Assembly (NCBI GenBank): GCA_023920165.1
Contig: CP089277.1
Span: 1,116,001-1,180,000, forward strand
Length of the DNA: 64,000 nt
Direction of reading: 5' to 3'
Source: Curvularia clavata
Lineage: Eukaryota
Shown here: positions 38,705-49,694 of the stretch, piece after piece
How the letters are laid out: every line of letters begins with the position of its first letter
How positions within the stretch are numbered: position 1 is the stretch's first letter
The notes under the pieces: model-generated
Told to the model about the DNA's origin: nothing
What the model saw: the letters and a program-made list of their open reading frames with translations, nothing else
Databases searched by the model: none
Program-made: the position numbers and the translations under genes

Positions 38705-38897
38705 CTGATACTGCTGAGCCCCACCTCCGCCCATTGGTTGCAGCGTCACATCACCAAACGCGCCGACGTAGCCCGCCAATTGCTCGTCGCATTGCATCGC
38801 GTTCTGGCAACTCTCCTCATGGTCATACAATAGAACAAACACCCCGAGTCACGCATCCACGTTTTTCCTGCGCACGTTATTCGTCACCAACATCACC

Positions 38898-39279
38898 ATG
38901 TCTCTGAGCAACAGCGAGACCTTCATCGAGCACTCCTCGGCCGATGAGGTGGATTCCTTGCCCTCTTCCTCGTCGAGCTCCTCGGTTGACGAGGAAGAAT
39001 ACATGTCAGATGCGGACCGGGAATGGAAGGAGTCATTGCAGCAGCTGGAGCTGTTATTGACAATGGTCATGGTGCCATATCTCGGCAAATACTTTGGCAG
39101 GAAAGCCGCGTACTGGGGTATGCCATGTTCAGCATTCAGGGCAAAGTGCTTGGTACGGTGCTGACTATGGAATAGGATGGGCAAAGTTCATGGAATGGAA
39201 GTACCCCGTTGAGATCTCGATTTCGAGCCCGAAAACGTTCAAGCTTACGGGAGCTGTTGAGGCCGCAGCAACACTATGA
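38898..39279 (+). CDS. MIM2: Mitochondrial import protein Mim2-like
   Basis: Acidic N-terminus followed by DADREWKESLQQLELLLTMVMVPYLGKYFGRK. Intron at ~39118..39175. Confidence 0.75.
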
Positions 39280-39803
39280 GGAACGGGCGTGTTCTTGGAC
39301 ACTTGAAACATTCGAGCATTGGCGTTTGCGGCGTTCAGTTTATACAGCATATCGTGGCATTGCGAGGTATATCATTGCATACTAGACACAGATGCTATGC
39401 CTTTGTGCATTAGAGGAAGGAAAGGGGGCAAGCCACGCCAGGTCTGAGCAGAGACATTACACATACCCCTCTTCTAGAGGCTCGTCGCTGCTGCTTAGCT
39501 GCCCCAACTGGCTGTACATATTGTTGGAGACATAGGATTCCCTATCTCGGTGAGACGGGAATTGAGAGGAGATCAACTTCTCGAGGGCTTCCAGGCAGAC
39601 AGAATAAGCAGCAAGCAAAGGACTTCGGAACCTCACCTGGCTAATACAAACTTCAAGACTCTCCTGCAACCATGAAAAAGCACGTGCCGAAGTATATATA
39701 TCTGAACGATGTTTCCTCAATATCAGGGTATCTCACATCACTCTCCCTCGTCCCCACCCTACCTACACAATCCTACTTTCATCTACATACGCATACTTCT
39801 CTC

Positions 39804-40281
39804 TCACTTCCTTCCCTCCACCATAATAATATGGTACCCCTCACTTGTCTTGACCTCGCCAAGCTTGGGACTCGCAGTGGTGCTCGGCTCAAGTTCGTAC
39901 GCCACTTTTTCAAAGTCCTGCAACAAACTTCCTCGTACTTTCCAGCCTAGACTACCGCCTGTTGCCGTCAGTAAGGGACATCCCCCACCCTCTTGTTTTT
40001 TTTGTAGTTAAAAAAAAGCAAAGGAGAAGAAAAATTGGGAAACAGGAAAGGAAAAACGTACCCTGCCTCGCTTTATCCTCACTCATTTCCCTTGCTACCT
40101 CATCGAATTTTGCGCCATTGCGTAGTTTCTCCATCGCCTCTTCTTTCTTGGAATGCTTTTCGCACAGGATGTGGCGAACGTTGATGCTAGTGGCGGGTTT
40201 GAGTTTGCTTTTGCTGGAGTCGCTTTTTGCGGAGTCGGATTTGGCGTCGTCTTTGGATTTGCCTTTGTTTTTGGGGGCCAT
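39804..40281 (-). CDS. PIN4: Parvulin-type peptidyl-prolyl isomerase (Par14/Pin4)
   Basis: [32 protein letters not shown] and [15 protein letters not shown]. Intron at 39959..40061. Confidence 0.93.
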
Positions 40282-41091
40282 GGCGCTGGGTGTTGGCGTT
40301 GAGGTGAAGAGGTGGAGAAGTGGGTTTTGGGGTTTGGTATGTGAATAGAGCGAAGGAAAGGAAGTTGAGTAGGATAGGGGTTGCGTGTGTTGACGACTTC
40401 TAACTATGATTAGAAGGGCACAACTTAGATATGGTCTTTCCCTCTTCTTTCAGAAAAAATGTTGGTCTGCGGTAGGAACTCAGGCGCAGTAGACCGAACC
40501 GACACGCCAAAGTAAAGCAATGCAGTAAGCAAGCTCCGAGCTCCGAGTGCGGGGCAAACTGCGCGTGGATCCTAAAGTGGGGTTTAGTCAAGACAAGGAT
40601 AATCCCTATGTAACAGTAGCACGGCGTTGGGCGAAAAGAAATGGGAACTAGTAGACACAAATATTCCATTTCCATGTTTCCATTATGCATTTGTCTGGTG
40701 GGTGCTCTCTTTTGTTTCATGTCTTTTTCACATGAGCCTGACCCTCCTTTGCGCCACTAGGCTGATGTCTTTTGTACAATAGCCGTCGGGCTTTGCAAAT
40801 CAACCATTACTTGAACATGGGCAATCGTCATGCCATGACCTTCCTATAAATACTGAAGCCTGCCACCCGTGCCAAGTAGCCCTGTAGATATCAACAAGCA
40901 CGGTGGCAAAACGCAATCGCGCGCTCATCTTCTACAGGTACGTGTGCTGTCCTCCTTCTGGGTCCACAATCAAGAACCTGGGTAGACATGCTCCGAGCCC
41001 TGTTGTTCGACCCTCCACTGACGCGGTGATGAACGACGCTGTTTGAGCTGTTTCGAACTAATGACTAGTAAGCGTGAATGCTTTTGCGACT

Positions 41092-44000
41092 TCATCCGTT
41101 GCCATTGATGATGGTGCGAGCTGCACCGTTGACCCTGTTTTGCGAAAGCACCGTGTCCATGAAGCTCTTACGAGGCTTGTGTTTCTTTTCTGGCACGTCG
41201 TCGTTGAGGTCGGCGAGATGAATTCGTCGTCTCTTGCACTCGGCGCGCATGTCCTGTAGTAGTGGGCGAAGGCTTTCCACCTTGTCCACCTCCTCGTACA
41301 GCAGTGGTTCCTCAATCCAGTAGAGACCTTCCATAGCTGCAAACTGATTCCTGGCTTCCTTGATACTCTCTTGGATTTTTGCGTAATCAAAGTCTGGAGC
41401 GCCTTCCATAGGGAACCTGAAATCTTGAGCTAGAAGTGCGACATCGTATTGTCGAAGGATTGCATCTCGTTGTGTACGAGTCACGGGAATTCGTGTCCAG
41501 TCCGAGTAAGGGGCGTTGAGGTGGGCTAGGTCGAGCTCGGGGAGTCCGAGTATGCCGACGACTTGGAATGAGCAAATGTACGTCTTGTCGGGTAAGGCCT
41601 GTGGGTGGTTGAGATCTCGGGCATTTGCGTAGAAAAGTGGTAGGAAGACGGCAGAGACACCAAGCTCTTCGCCAGAAAAGTGAAGTGGTCTGTTGGTTCC
41701 CAACTCGCAGGCCCGTCGCAGGGCTCGGGGAAGTTTTGATATGCGATCTTGGCGCTCCAATAGTTCTTTCTGTCGCTTGGCCTCTTCCTCTGCTCGCCGC
41801 TGTGTCTCCTGCTCTTCTTTGATGCGAGCTGCTTCGGCTTCTTCTGCTTGGCGCTGCGCCTCAGCTTTAGCTTTAGCTTCAGCCTCGGCCTCAGCCTTTT
41901 TCTTTGCTTCTTCTGCCTCCGCAGCTTTGCGAGCGGCGTCTTCCGCTTCCTTGTTCTTTGCCTCAGCTTCGGCCTCGGCCGCTGCCTGGGCCGCTTTTCG
42001 CTTCGCCTCTGCCTGCGCTTGCTGCTCTTCCTGACGCCTTGCACGCTCAGCTTCGGGTGTCGCTATCCTTTCCGGTGGAGCGGGCGTAGATTTAGCAGAA
42101 GCAGTGGGAGTCCTCTTCACACTGCTGTCATCGGCAGATGCATCAGACAGCTTCCGCTTTCTGACCTTGTCCTCCACGGTCTTGTACTTGATCTTGTTTT
42201 TGACGACTTTTCGTTCATCGGGCGAGTCAACCTCGGGTGTCGGTTTGGCAGCAACGGGTTTGGGCGGCTTTACGGGTGGCTTGACTGCATGCTTCGTACC
42301 GTGTTCTTCATCGCTTTCGTCTGAACGTGCATGAGCTGGTCGTTTGGATTCATTGTCGTCGGACCGCGCTTTGAGAGCTTTTCTGACTGGTTTTGCTTCT
42401 TCGCCTTCGCTATAGGACCGTCGCTTGACTTTGCGCGTAGGTGGCCGTACATCTTCCTCGCTCTCTTCTTCCGACGAATCGTCTTCCACAACACGCTTCC
42501 GTCTCTGGCCCTCACGCGAGGCTTTCTCTTTCCCAGACATCAACCGTCGCGACTTTTGGGGTGCAGCAGATACAGTGTTTGACTTGGTGAGGTTGGCGCG
42601 TTTCGGCTCAGCTTGAGGCGAAGATGAACGGTCTCGACGTGGCGACGACTTTCTCTTGACGCGATTGGCTGGAGGAACGGGTGCTTCTTTCTTGGTCCTC
42701 CGCGGGCTTCGGTGGGTTTTTTGGTATTCTTCGCATGCGCGCTTCAACATGTCCCGCTCTTCTTCCCATTTTGGCCCATGTCGCTCTTCCGAGATTTCCC
42801 AGTACGTCTTGTTGTCTTTGTTCCTCCGGGTCGGGTTGAAATTGTCTTGTTCGAGGAGTAATTGGATGATTTTCAGATATCCACGCCCAATAGCAACTGT
42901 CATGGGCGTCTCTGGATGTTTGGATGGATCGGGATCAGCCTTTAAGCCACTGGCCAAAAGGATGCTGAGAATGTCATAATGTCCACCTCTGGCTGCCGCC
43001 ACTCCACAGGTGATGTTTGGCTTGATGTTGCTATTTATGAGTTCTCCCACGGCAAGGATATCTCCGTCTCCAGCTTTTTCGATGAGGGTCTCGACATTGA
43101 ACTCGTTGTACAAAAGACGCGAGGCGGTTTTTGCTTGTTTCTGAGTCTGCTCTTGGTCGTTTGTAGAAGTATCCACACGTTGTCTCATGGCTTCGCGGAG
43201 TTCTTTCTCGATTTCTGGCGCGTCCTCGTCTTCGGGATCAAGAACGTCAATGGCGCGCTGACCCTTCTTGTTGGAGTGGTGCGGGTTGACTTGGCCCTGA
43301 TTGAGCAAAAGGCGGACTACATCCAAATGCGAGTTCTCGACTGCGTCGATGAGGGGCGTGTCGCGGTCATGGCTCTCGCAGTCGGTCCGGCAGCCCTTGC
43401 TGATGAGGTAACGGACCACTGGCGCCCAGCCGTGCAGCGAGGCTTTTTGCAATGGGGTGATTCCAGCGTAATCAGGCTGGTCCAGCTCATCTGGCGCCTC
43501 TTCGTAGGCTTCCTTGACCGCATCCAAGTCGCCCTTTTCGCTTTCTCGGGCGAGGCGGGTTGCACCAAATCGATCGATTTTTCGATGGGGCATGGTGCGC
43601 GCAGGTGAAGTCAGAGCGCGATGGGTGGAGCGCTTGACCCGGACGTGTTGCTGCAGGTGCGGTGCAGACAAAGGCTGGGGTGAGGTTGAATGGTCAGAGC
43701 TGGATCCCGACCAGTGCTCCTCGTTGGACAAAGCCAGGTTGGTGACCTCGCGGCGCTTGCGTCCGGCAATGCCTGTGGCGGTGGACTGGGTGGACTGGGA
43801 GCGTTTGTGAGAGCGGCCAAAGCCTGGCGTGTCGGTCTTTGCCTTTTGTCGGGGAGGCTCAAAGGGAAACGAGTCATCGCGTAATTTGCGCTTGCGGTTG
43901 TCGACGGTCGAGGCGCTGCGGCCACGCGATTTTGCAATATCGTTGGGGCTGGCGTCTTTGGTGCGCGTGTTTGGGGAAGATGGGACGGGACTCTTTGCGC

Positions 44001-44400
44001 CATTGACCTTTACGTGATTGCTGGGCCGCTGGCGGGCGTGGGGCTGAGGCGAGTGTGGGCGCGGCTCTTCTTTGATGGAGCGCAGGCGTGTCGCGTCGCT
44101 GTGGCCGTTTGCGTCATCGTCGTCATCGACGCGTTCCGTCTTGATCAGCTTGGAGTGGGCAGGATGCTCGTCGCGCGACAGAACAACTGTCTCGGCCTCG
44201 GACTCTGGGTCTGCATCCTGGTCGTCGTGGCCGTTGTGCGTGGACGAGGGCAGGTCAGGCTTCTCAGGCTTCCGGGAGGGTTCCAGGGGCGCGGGGTTGT
44301 TGTTATTTTGGTGGCGTGGAGAGGAGCTGCGTGGGCGGTCGTGGAGGATGCCCACGGGGGCAGAGGGCGTGTTTACGAGAGTATCGGCATTACTGGTCAT
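41092..44400 (-). CDS. Ankyrin-repeat protein, Hos4-like (Set3 deacetylase complex)
   Basis: About 1100 aa with ankyrin repeats (GITPLQKASLHGW, DTPLIDAVENSHLDVVRLLL) and a long charged/coiled-coil region. The Hos4 assignment rests on architecture only. Confidence 0.7.
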   Translation of the reverse strand: MTSNADTLVNTPSAPVGILHDRPRSSSPRHQNNNNPAPLEPSRKPEKPDLPSSTHNGHDDQDADPESEAETVVLSRDEHPAHSKLIKTERVDDDDDANGHSDATRLRSIKEEPRPHSPQPHARQRPSNHVKVNGAKSPVPSSPNTRTKDASPNDIAKSRGRSASTVDNRKRKLRDDSFPFEPPRQKAKTDTPGFGRSHKRSQSTQSTATGIAGRKRREVTNLALSNEEHWSGSSSDHSTSPQPLSAPHLQQHVRVKRSTHRALTSPARTMPHRKIDRFGATRLARESEKGDLDAVKEAYEEAPDELDQPDYAGITPLQKASLHGWAPVVRYLISKGCRTDCESHDRDTPLIDAVENSHLDVVRLLLNQGQVNPHHSNKKGQRAIDVLDPEDEDAPEIEKELREAMRQRVDTSTNDQEQTQKQAKTASRLLYNEFNVETLIEKAGDGDILAVGELINSNIKPNITCGVAAARGGHYDILSILLASGLKADPDPSKHPETPMTVAIGRGYLKIIQLLLEQDNFNPTRRNKDNKTYWEISEERHGPKWEEERDMLKRACEEYQKTHRSPRRTKKEAPVPPANRVKRKSSPRRDRSSSPQAEPKRANLTKSNTVSAAPQKSRRLMSGKEKASREGQRRKRVVEDDSSEEESEEDVRPPTRKVKRRSYSEGEEAKPVRKALKARSDDNESKRPAHARSDESDEEHGTKHAVKPPVKPPKPVAAKPTPEVDSPDERKVVKNKIKYKTVEDKVRKRKLSDASADDSSVKRTPTASAKSTPAPPERIATPEAERARRQEEQQAQAEAKRKAAQAAAEAEAEAKNKEAEDAARKAAEAEEAKKKAEAEAEAKAKAEAQRQAEEAEAARIKEEQETQRRAEEEAKRQKELLERQDRISKLPRALRRACELGTNRPLHFSGEELGVSAVFLPLFYANARDLNHPQALPDKTYICSFQVVGILGLPELDLAHLNAPYSDWTRIPVTRTQRDAILRQYDVALLAQDFRFPMEGAPDFDYAKIQESIKEARNQFAAMEGLYWIEEPLLYEEVDKVESLRPLLQDMRAECKRRRIHLADLNDDVPEKKHKPRKSFMDTVLSQNRVNGAARTIINGNG

Positions 44401-44778
44401 CACGATAAGGGACAGGACACTTTTGTTCCTGCCTCATGCTGGCTCGGCGGAGCAAGAGACGGTAGCAAGGGCAGGCGGCAGCGACGCCAACGAGAAGGGA
44501 GGGGGGGTGGGCGTGATGGGGGTGTCGCGCAGGGAGGATGGGAGGAACAGCAGTGAAGGTCGAGAGGCCGGAGAAGAGAGTCGAGAGAGGCTTGCGAGTA
44601 GGCAGGCTGCGCTCCACCACTCAGCGGCGAGGGCCATTTGCTTGGATCCTAAGCGGGCCCCGTCTCTCCTGAAGACAACCCTGGCTGCACACGCCGCCGC
44701 CCGGGGTGCGGCTAACGCTGCGACTCGCTGCTGCTAGTACGCCCGCCGCTGTTCTGCTGCTTGCTGCCTGTGTTGCTA

Positions 44779-44796
44779 CTGCTGCTGCTGCTGCTG
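44779..44796. repeat. (CTG)6 microsatellite
   Basis: Read directly from the sequence. Confidence 0.8.
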
Positions 44797-45151
44797 CGAC
44801 GACAAGTGGAGGCGGCCTGTCTATGTACGGCTGCATGCATGGTGCATGGGCAGCGTCTTCCTTTTTTTGCGGCGGCATGGCCAGTCAAGGGCGCGGCGAC
44901 GCGGCCGTGTCGTGGGCCGGCTTCGTGTGCAAAGGCTATCGCTACCTGCGACACGCGGCGCACGGTGCGGGTTACAGCTTGAGCACACGATGAGGGCATG
45001 CTCATCTCACAGCCAGGCCATGCTTGACGTGGCGAGCGCCCTTGTTCTGTCAGTCGGGCGTGGGCGGGCACGCCCAGCGAGCTCAACTGCCACTAGGAGG
45101 GCGATCGCCGCCAGCGCCGCCCTCGCCGCCCTCACCGGCTGGGCACACAAA

Positions 45152-45171
45152 GCCTGCCTGCCTGCCTGCCT
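45152..45171. repeat. (GCCT)5 microsatellite
   Basis: Read directly from the sequence. Confidence 0.8.
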
Positions 45172-45389
45172 GCGGCTACAAGCACGCATCCACTGCCACC
45201 GTTGGCCCGCCCGCGGCCACGCCAAGCCCAGTCCGGCCATGTTCCATCATGCTGCCGTCACCCTACGAAATACTATCCTCTGCCCCTCTCCCCAACCATG
45301 CAACAGCCCGCAAACGCCCCCATCCCACTCTCTTCAGCCCGCCTCCCCAGCCAGCCCAACCCAGCCTAGCCTGCCTTGGCCACCCCATC

Positions 45390-46317
45390 ATGGCCTTCGC
45401 TCTGCTCTCGCCCACGGGCGCCGTCATCGACGACCTCATGCATCCCGCCCTCCTCCTGCGCGCCTTCTATCTGGCCGCTTCTCTTCTTGTATCCCGACAC
45501 CCTTCAGCTTCCACCTGGCCCAACACTAACCCCTTCTGCTTACTAGATTCTTGTCATACAGGCCGTTCCTGCACTACGCTCCCGCTTTCTGGCTTATGGC
45601 CCTCGTGCTACTGAACCGGACGCGGCTACGGAACCCAAGCACCAGCACCGGCAATCACCCATCACCCAGCTTCTCGATTATGCTGCCTCGCTGCAAGTTC
45701 CCCACAGCTACTTTGCCCACTTCTACGTCGCCTCAGTAGTCTGTTCCTTGTTCTGGGCATGGAAGCTGCACATCCAAAACGTGGGTACCCAGCAGCAGAT
45801 AGTATGGGCCCTCTTGCTGCTCCAGGGTCTCCGCCGCATGTCTGAGTCCGTTGCCTACGCTTCGCCCAGCAAGAGTACCATGTTCTTTGCCCATTGGCTT
45901 CTTGGTCTCCTCTTCTACATTACCATCAACATGGCCATCTGGGTCGAGACGCCTGGCCATATTGGTCCAAATGCCTTTCTCGTGCCAGCCGTCATTACGG
46001 CCCAGATGCTGCAGCACTCCTACCACTCTTACCTCTACCGTGTCCGTGTAGAGAGTAAAGGCTACCAGCTGCCGTCACACCCACTGTTTCCCAATCTCCT
46101 CTGCCCGCATTATACTTGCGAGGTAGTCATGTACGCACTCTTGTCGCTCGTTGCAGCACCCGAGGGCGCCATGGTGAACCGGACCCTGGTCTGCGGAACA
46201 ATATTCGTCGCTACCAATCTTGGTGTGACGGCAGTAGGTACAAAAGAGTGGTACGTGGCCAAGTTCGGTATCGACAAGGTAGGTCCACGGAAAAGGATGG
46301 TTCCTGGGTTATGGTAA
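45390..46317 (+). CDS. DFG10: Polyprenol/polyprenal reductase (steroid 5-alpha reductase family)
   Basis: RFLAYGPR, VPHSYFAHFY, QGLRRMSES, LCPHYTCE and NLGVTA motifs. Intron at ~45489..45547. Confidence 0.88.
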
Positions 46318-46713
46318 CGTCATTCGCCATGAGTGAAGCAAGAGGATAGCGTCGTCTTTAGGCGTGAGTGATGCCGTTTCATAGCTTTGCGCTGTTGAAA
46401 TTGATACAATTGTAGCCCAAAGAAACACTGACCTTGTGCGTGCTGGTGATGAATAAGAAACATGCCATGTAGTCGGCTGCCAGGTGCTTCGTCACCTGAC
46501 CTCGTGTTCGCGCTAGCCCACACTCGTCCACGCCACGCGTGTGTTTGCCTAACCCAACAGGCTACCGTCCCGCACAGCACCAGCAAACACGGCCCGGATG
46601 CCAATTATGCTTGCCTGCAACGTGCTATAAATCACCTCCTTCGTGTTCGTCTGTACAACTACCTGCGCACCCAATCAATCCTAAGCATCTACCAGTGCCA
46701 CAACATTACAGCC

Positions 46714-49167
46714 ATGGCGGCGAAGGAAGCGACCGTCTACATCTTGGACCTTGGGCGTTCCATGTCCGAGAAAAGGCATGGTCGCGACCAGACAGATCTC
46801 GATTGGGCTTTGGAGTACGTCTGGGATAAAATTACCACAACTGTAAGCCGACGTTCATTCGGTGATTTAGTGCGTTGACATACGTACATCGCCCCTACTT
46901 TTGCAGACACCACACCATGTGGAGAATCGCAGCTAAAAATGGCATAGGTCGCGACGGGAAGAAAGAGCGCACTGCTGAGCGTCGTTGGTTGTCGCACTGA
47001 TGGGACTGATCTCGCCGGCATTATAGAGGACGCAGAAGGCTATGACCACATCACCGTATTCTCCAAGTTAAAGCAGTAAGTCGCCTGGAACGAAAACATT
47101 GCGTTTCCTCACAAACAACAGATATCTGCTTGGCGACATCCGCAATCTTCAGCAACGTCTCAAGCCAAGCAAAACCAATGATGGAGATCGTAAGTCTTGC
47201 CGATTCTTCAGTATGCTTTGTGTTAACATGAGCAGTCCTCTCCGCCCTTGCAGTGGCAATACATATGATTGATACCGCAACCAGAGGCGCCAAAGGCAAC
47301 CCTCTCAAATATGACAGGAGGATCATTATTGTAACTGACGGACGTGGAGAAATGATCACGGACGATTTGGAGCAACTAACATCAAAGATCAAAGATCCGG
47401 ATGCTCCCTTTGAGATCACACTGCTTGGCGTCGACTTTGATGATTCTGATGCTGGTTTCAAAGAGGAGAAAAAAGATCCCCAAAAGGTATTGCACCTCAA
47501 CGACGCTCGGCTTTCAGCTTGCCAAGGCTAACCAGGCGTAGGCACGAAACGAAGACATATTGAAAGGCTTCGTAGATGACTGTGAAGGCAACTTCGGCAC
47601 TCTATCTACAGCCATTGACCAACTTCACATCCCCCGTCTCAAGGAGACGCGGCCTGTTCATAGCTATAGAGGATCACTCACGCTAGGCGACCCTACCAAG
47701 TATGATGCTACAATCACAATCGACGTCGAACGGTACCCATGTACCATGTTAGCAAAGCCACCGACCGCCAGTTCGTTCGTAGTGCGAACAGACACCACTG
47801 ACACTTCAGACCAGGGTGCTGAGTCGTCGGCCGCTGCAGCTGACCAAGATCCAGCAGCAGCCGACCTATCATCAGTACGGAACCAGCGAGTGTATCAAGT
47901 AGAAAGCCTGACTGAACCGGGCGTTAAGAAGAATGTCGACCAGGAAGACTTGGAGCGGGGATACGAATACGGCAGGACAGCCGTTCACATTTCAGAGTCT
48001 GACATGAATGTTGTCAAACTAGAAACACGACAGGCCATGGAGCTAGTCGGTTTTGTCAAGGCTGAAGAATTCGAGCGTTTTCTCCCTCTTAGTCGGACAA
48101 ACTTCATCGTCCCCCAAAGGGCCAATCAACCTGCGCAATTGGGGCTGTCGTCCTTTATTCACGCCCTCTATGAGTCTGACTGCTATGCAGTCGCAAGACT
48201 GGTTACGAAAGATCTCAAACCTCCGGTTCTGGTACTACTGGTTCCGCGCATCGAGCCAGAGTGGGAGGCTTTAGTAGACGTCGAACTACCTTTCGAAGAA
48301 GACATGAGGCGGTACAAGTTCCCACCTTTGGACCGAAAACTCGCAGTCAGCGGCAGGACCATAACAGAGCACAAGGATCTGCCCACAAAGAATCTCGTCG
48401 ACGCAATGAGTGATTACGTTGATGCCATGGACCTATCAACCTTTGGCCGCGACGAGGATGGAAACGAAGACGAGTACGCCAAGCCAGAAGATACATTTTC
48501 CCCTCTTGTTCATCGTGTCAACCATGTTATACGATGGCGGGCAACACACCCTGATTCCAAGCAACATATTCCTGATCCGCCAGAAATTCTCATGAAATAT
48601 TCCATGCCACCGGCAGAGCTCGTTGCGTCAGCACAAAAGCAACTCGACGCTGTGAAGCAAGCAGCGGACGTGAAGAAGGTACCACCAAAGGCCAAGGGCC
48701 GCGGAAAGCGCCAGCGCGCTGAGCGGGACAAGCCTCTCTCTGGGTTGGATGTCGATCAGCTCCTAGGTAATTCTAAGCGCGTCAAGATTGAGTCCAACAA
48801 TCTCATCCCATCGTTCAAACAAGCTCTCTCTGCTTCCGACGATATGGAAACTATCCAAGAAGCCGTAGATGGCATGGCGAAAGAAATCCGCTTGCTCATC
48901 AGCAACAGTATGGGTGATAGCGGGTATCAACGCGCCCTCGAAGCCATCCGTGTCATGCGTGACGAGCTGACTGAGCTCGAAGAACCAGAGTTATACAACG
49001 TTTTCGTCAAGCAGCTGAAGGAAGACATCCTAGGCAACAAGCTGAACGGGAACCGTAGGGACATGTGGTGGAGGATTAAGGGTAATCGGTACGGTCTCAT
49101 CGATTCCAAGAGGAGCTATCTTAGTCCTGTCTCAGAGGACGAAGCGAGGAGATTCTACGAGGTTTGA
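46714..49167 (+). CDS. KU80: Ku80 NHEJ DNA end-binding subunit
   Basis: [17 protein letters not shown] vWA start, [15 protein letters not shown] and [15 protein letters not shown]. Four introns in the 5' part. Confidence 0.95.
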
Positions 49168-49694
49168 TCGACATAGCAAGCCGCTCGAATCCTTTGCTGA
49201 GCTTAAGAAGTTATGCGAAACGATAGAAAGAGCAGGCATAACGGCTATATTGCAGCAGTCAGAGAATATGTACTGTGACGCCCCTGAATACTCAGTCCTT
49301 TTCTTGTGTCCTATAGGTGTTGTTCCAGAGTGCACACAGCGCTTACGGCTAATTTCTGTGCGATAGGCGTGAGGATTTTGGCCCCCACCCAAAGAGATTA
49401 CCAGCACAATGCGAACGACGCGACTTGCCATTTCGCGACACCGTCTAGTGGAGCGTTAATGTGCGCGCGTCCAATAGAGACATGGCTTGGATTCAGCCTC
49501 ATGCACGAGCGACTTCAGCCACCTGACTCCACCTACTAGTTCCAGCTGAACCCCGACTTGTACAACCTTGCTGGCTTGCCTCAATGTCTGGATCCTGTAT
49601 TCTTTTCATCGTTCATTCTAACACCATTTGACGTGAACACAACAACGTACACCATGCGCTTTGTCATGTAGAGAAATCACAAAAACTACAGACA

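Noticed and set aside
40981..41025. GTTCGACCC B-box-like word suggesting a tRNA
   Set aside because: No cloverleaf or acceptor stem could be built.
41760..42060. Repetitive GCTTC/GCCTC-rich tract
   Set aside because: It encodes the Ala/Glu/Lys-rich helix of the Hos4-like protein and is not a DNA repeat array or CRISPR.
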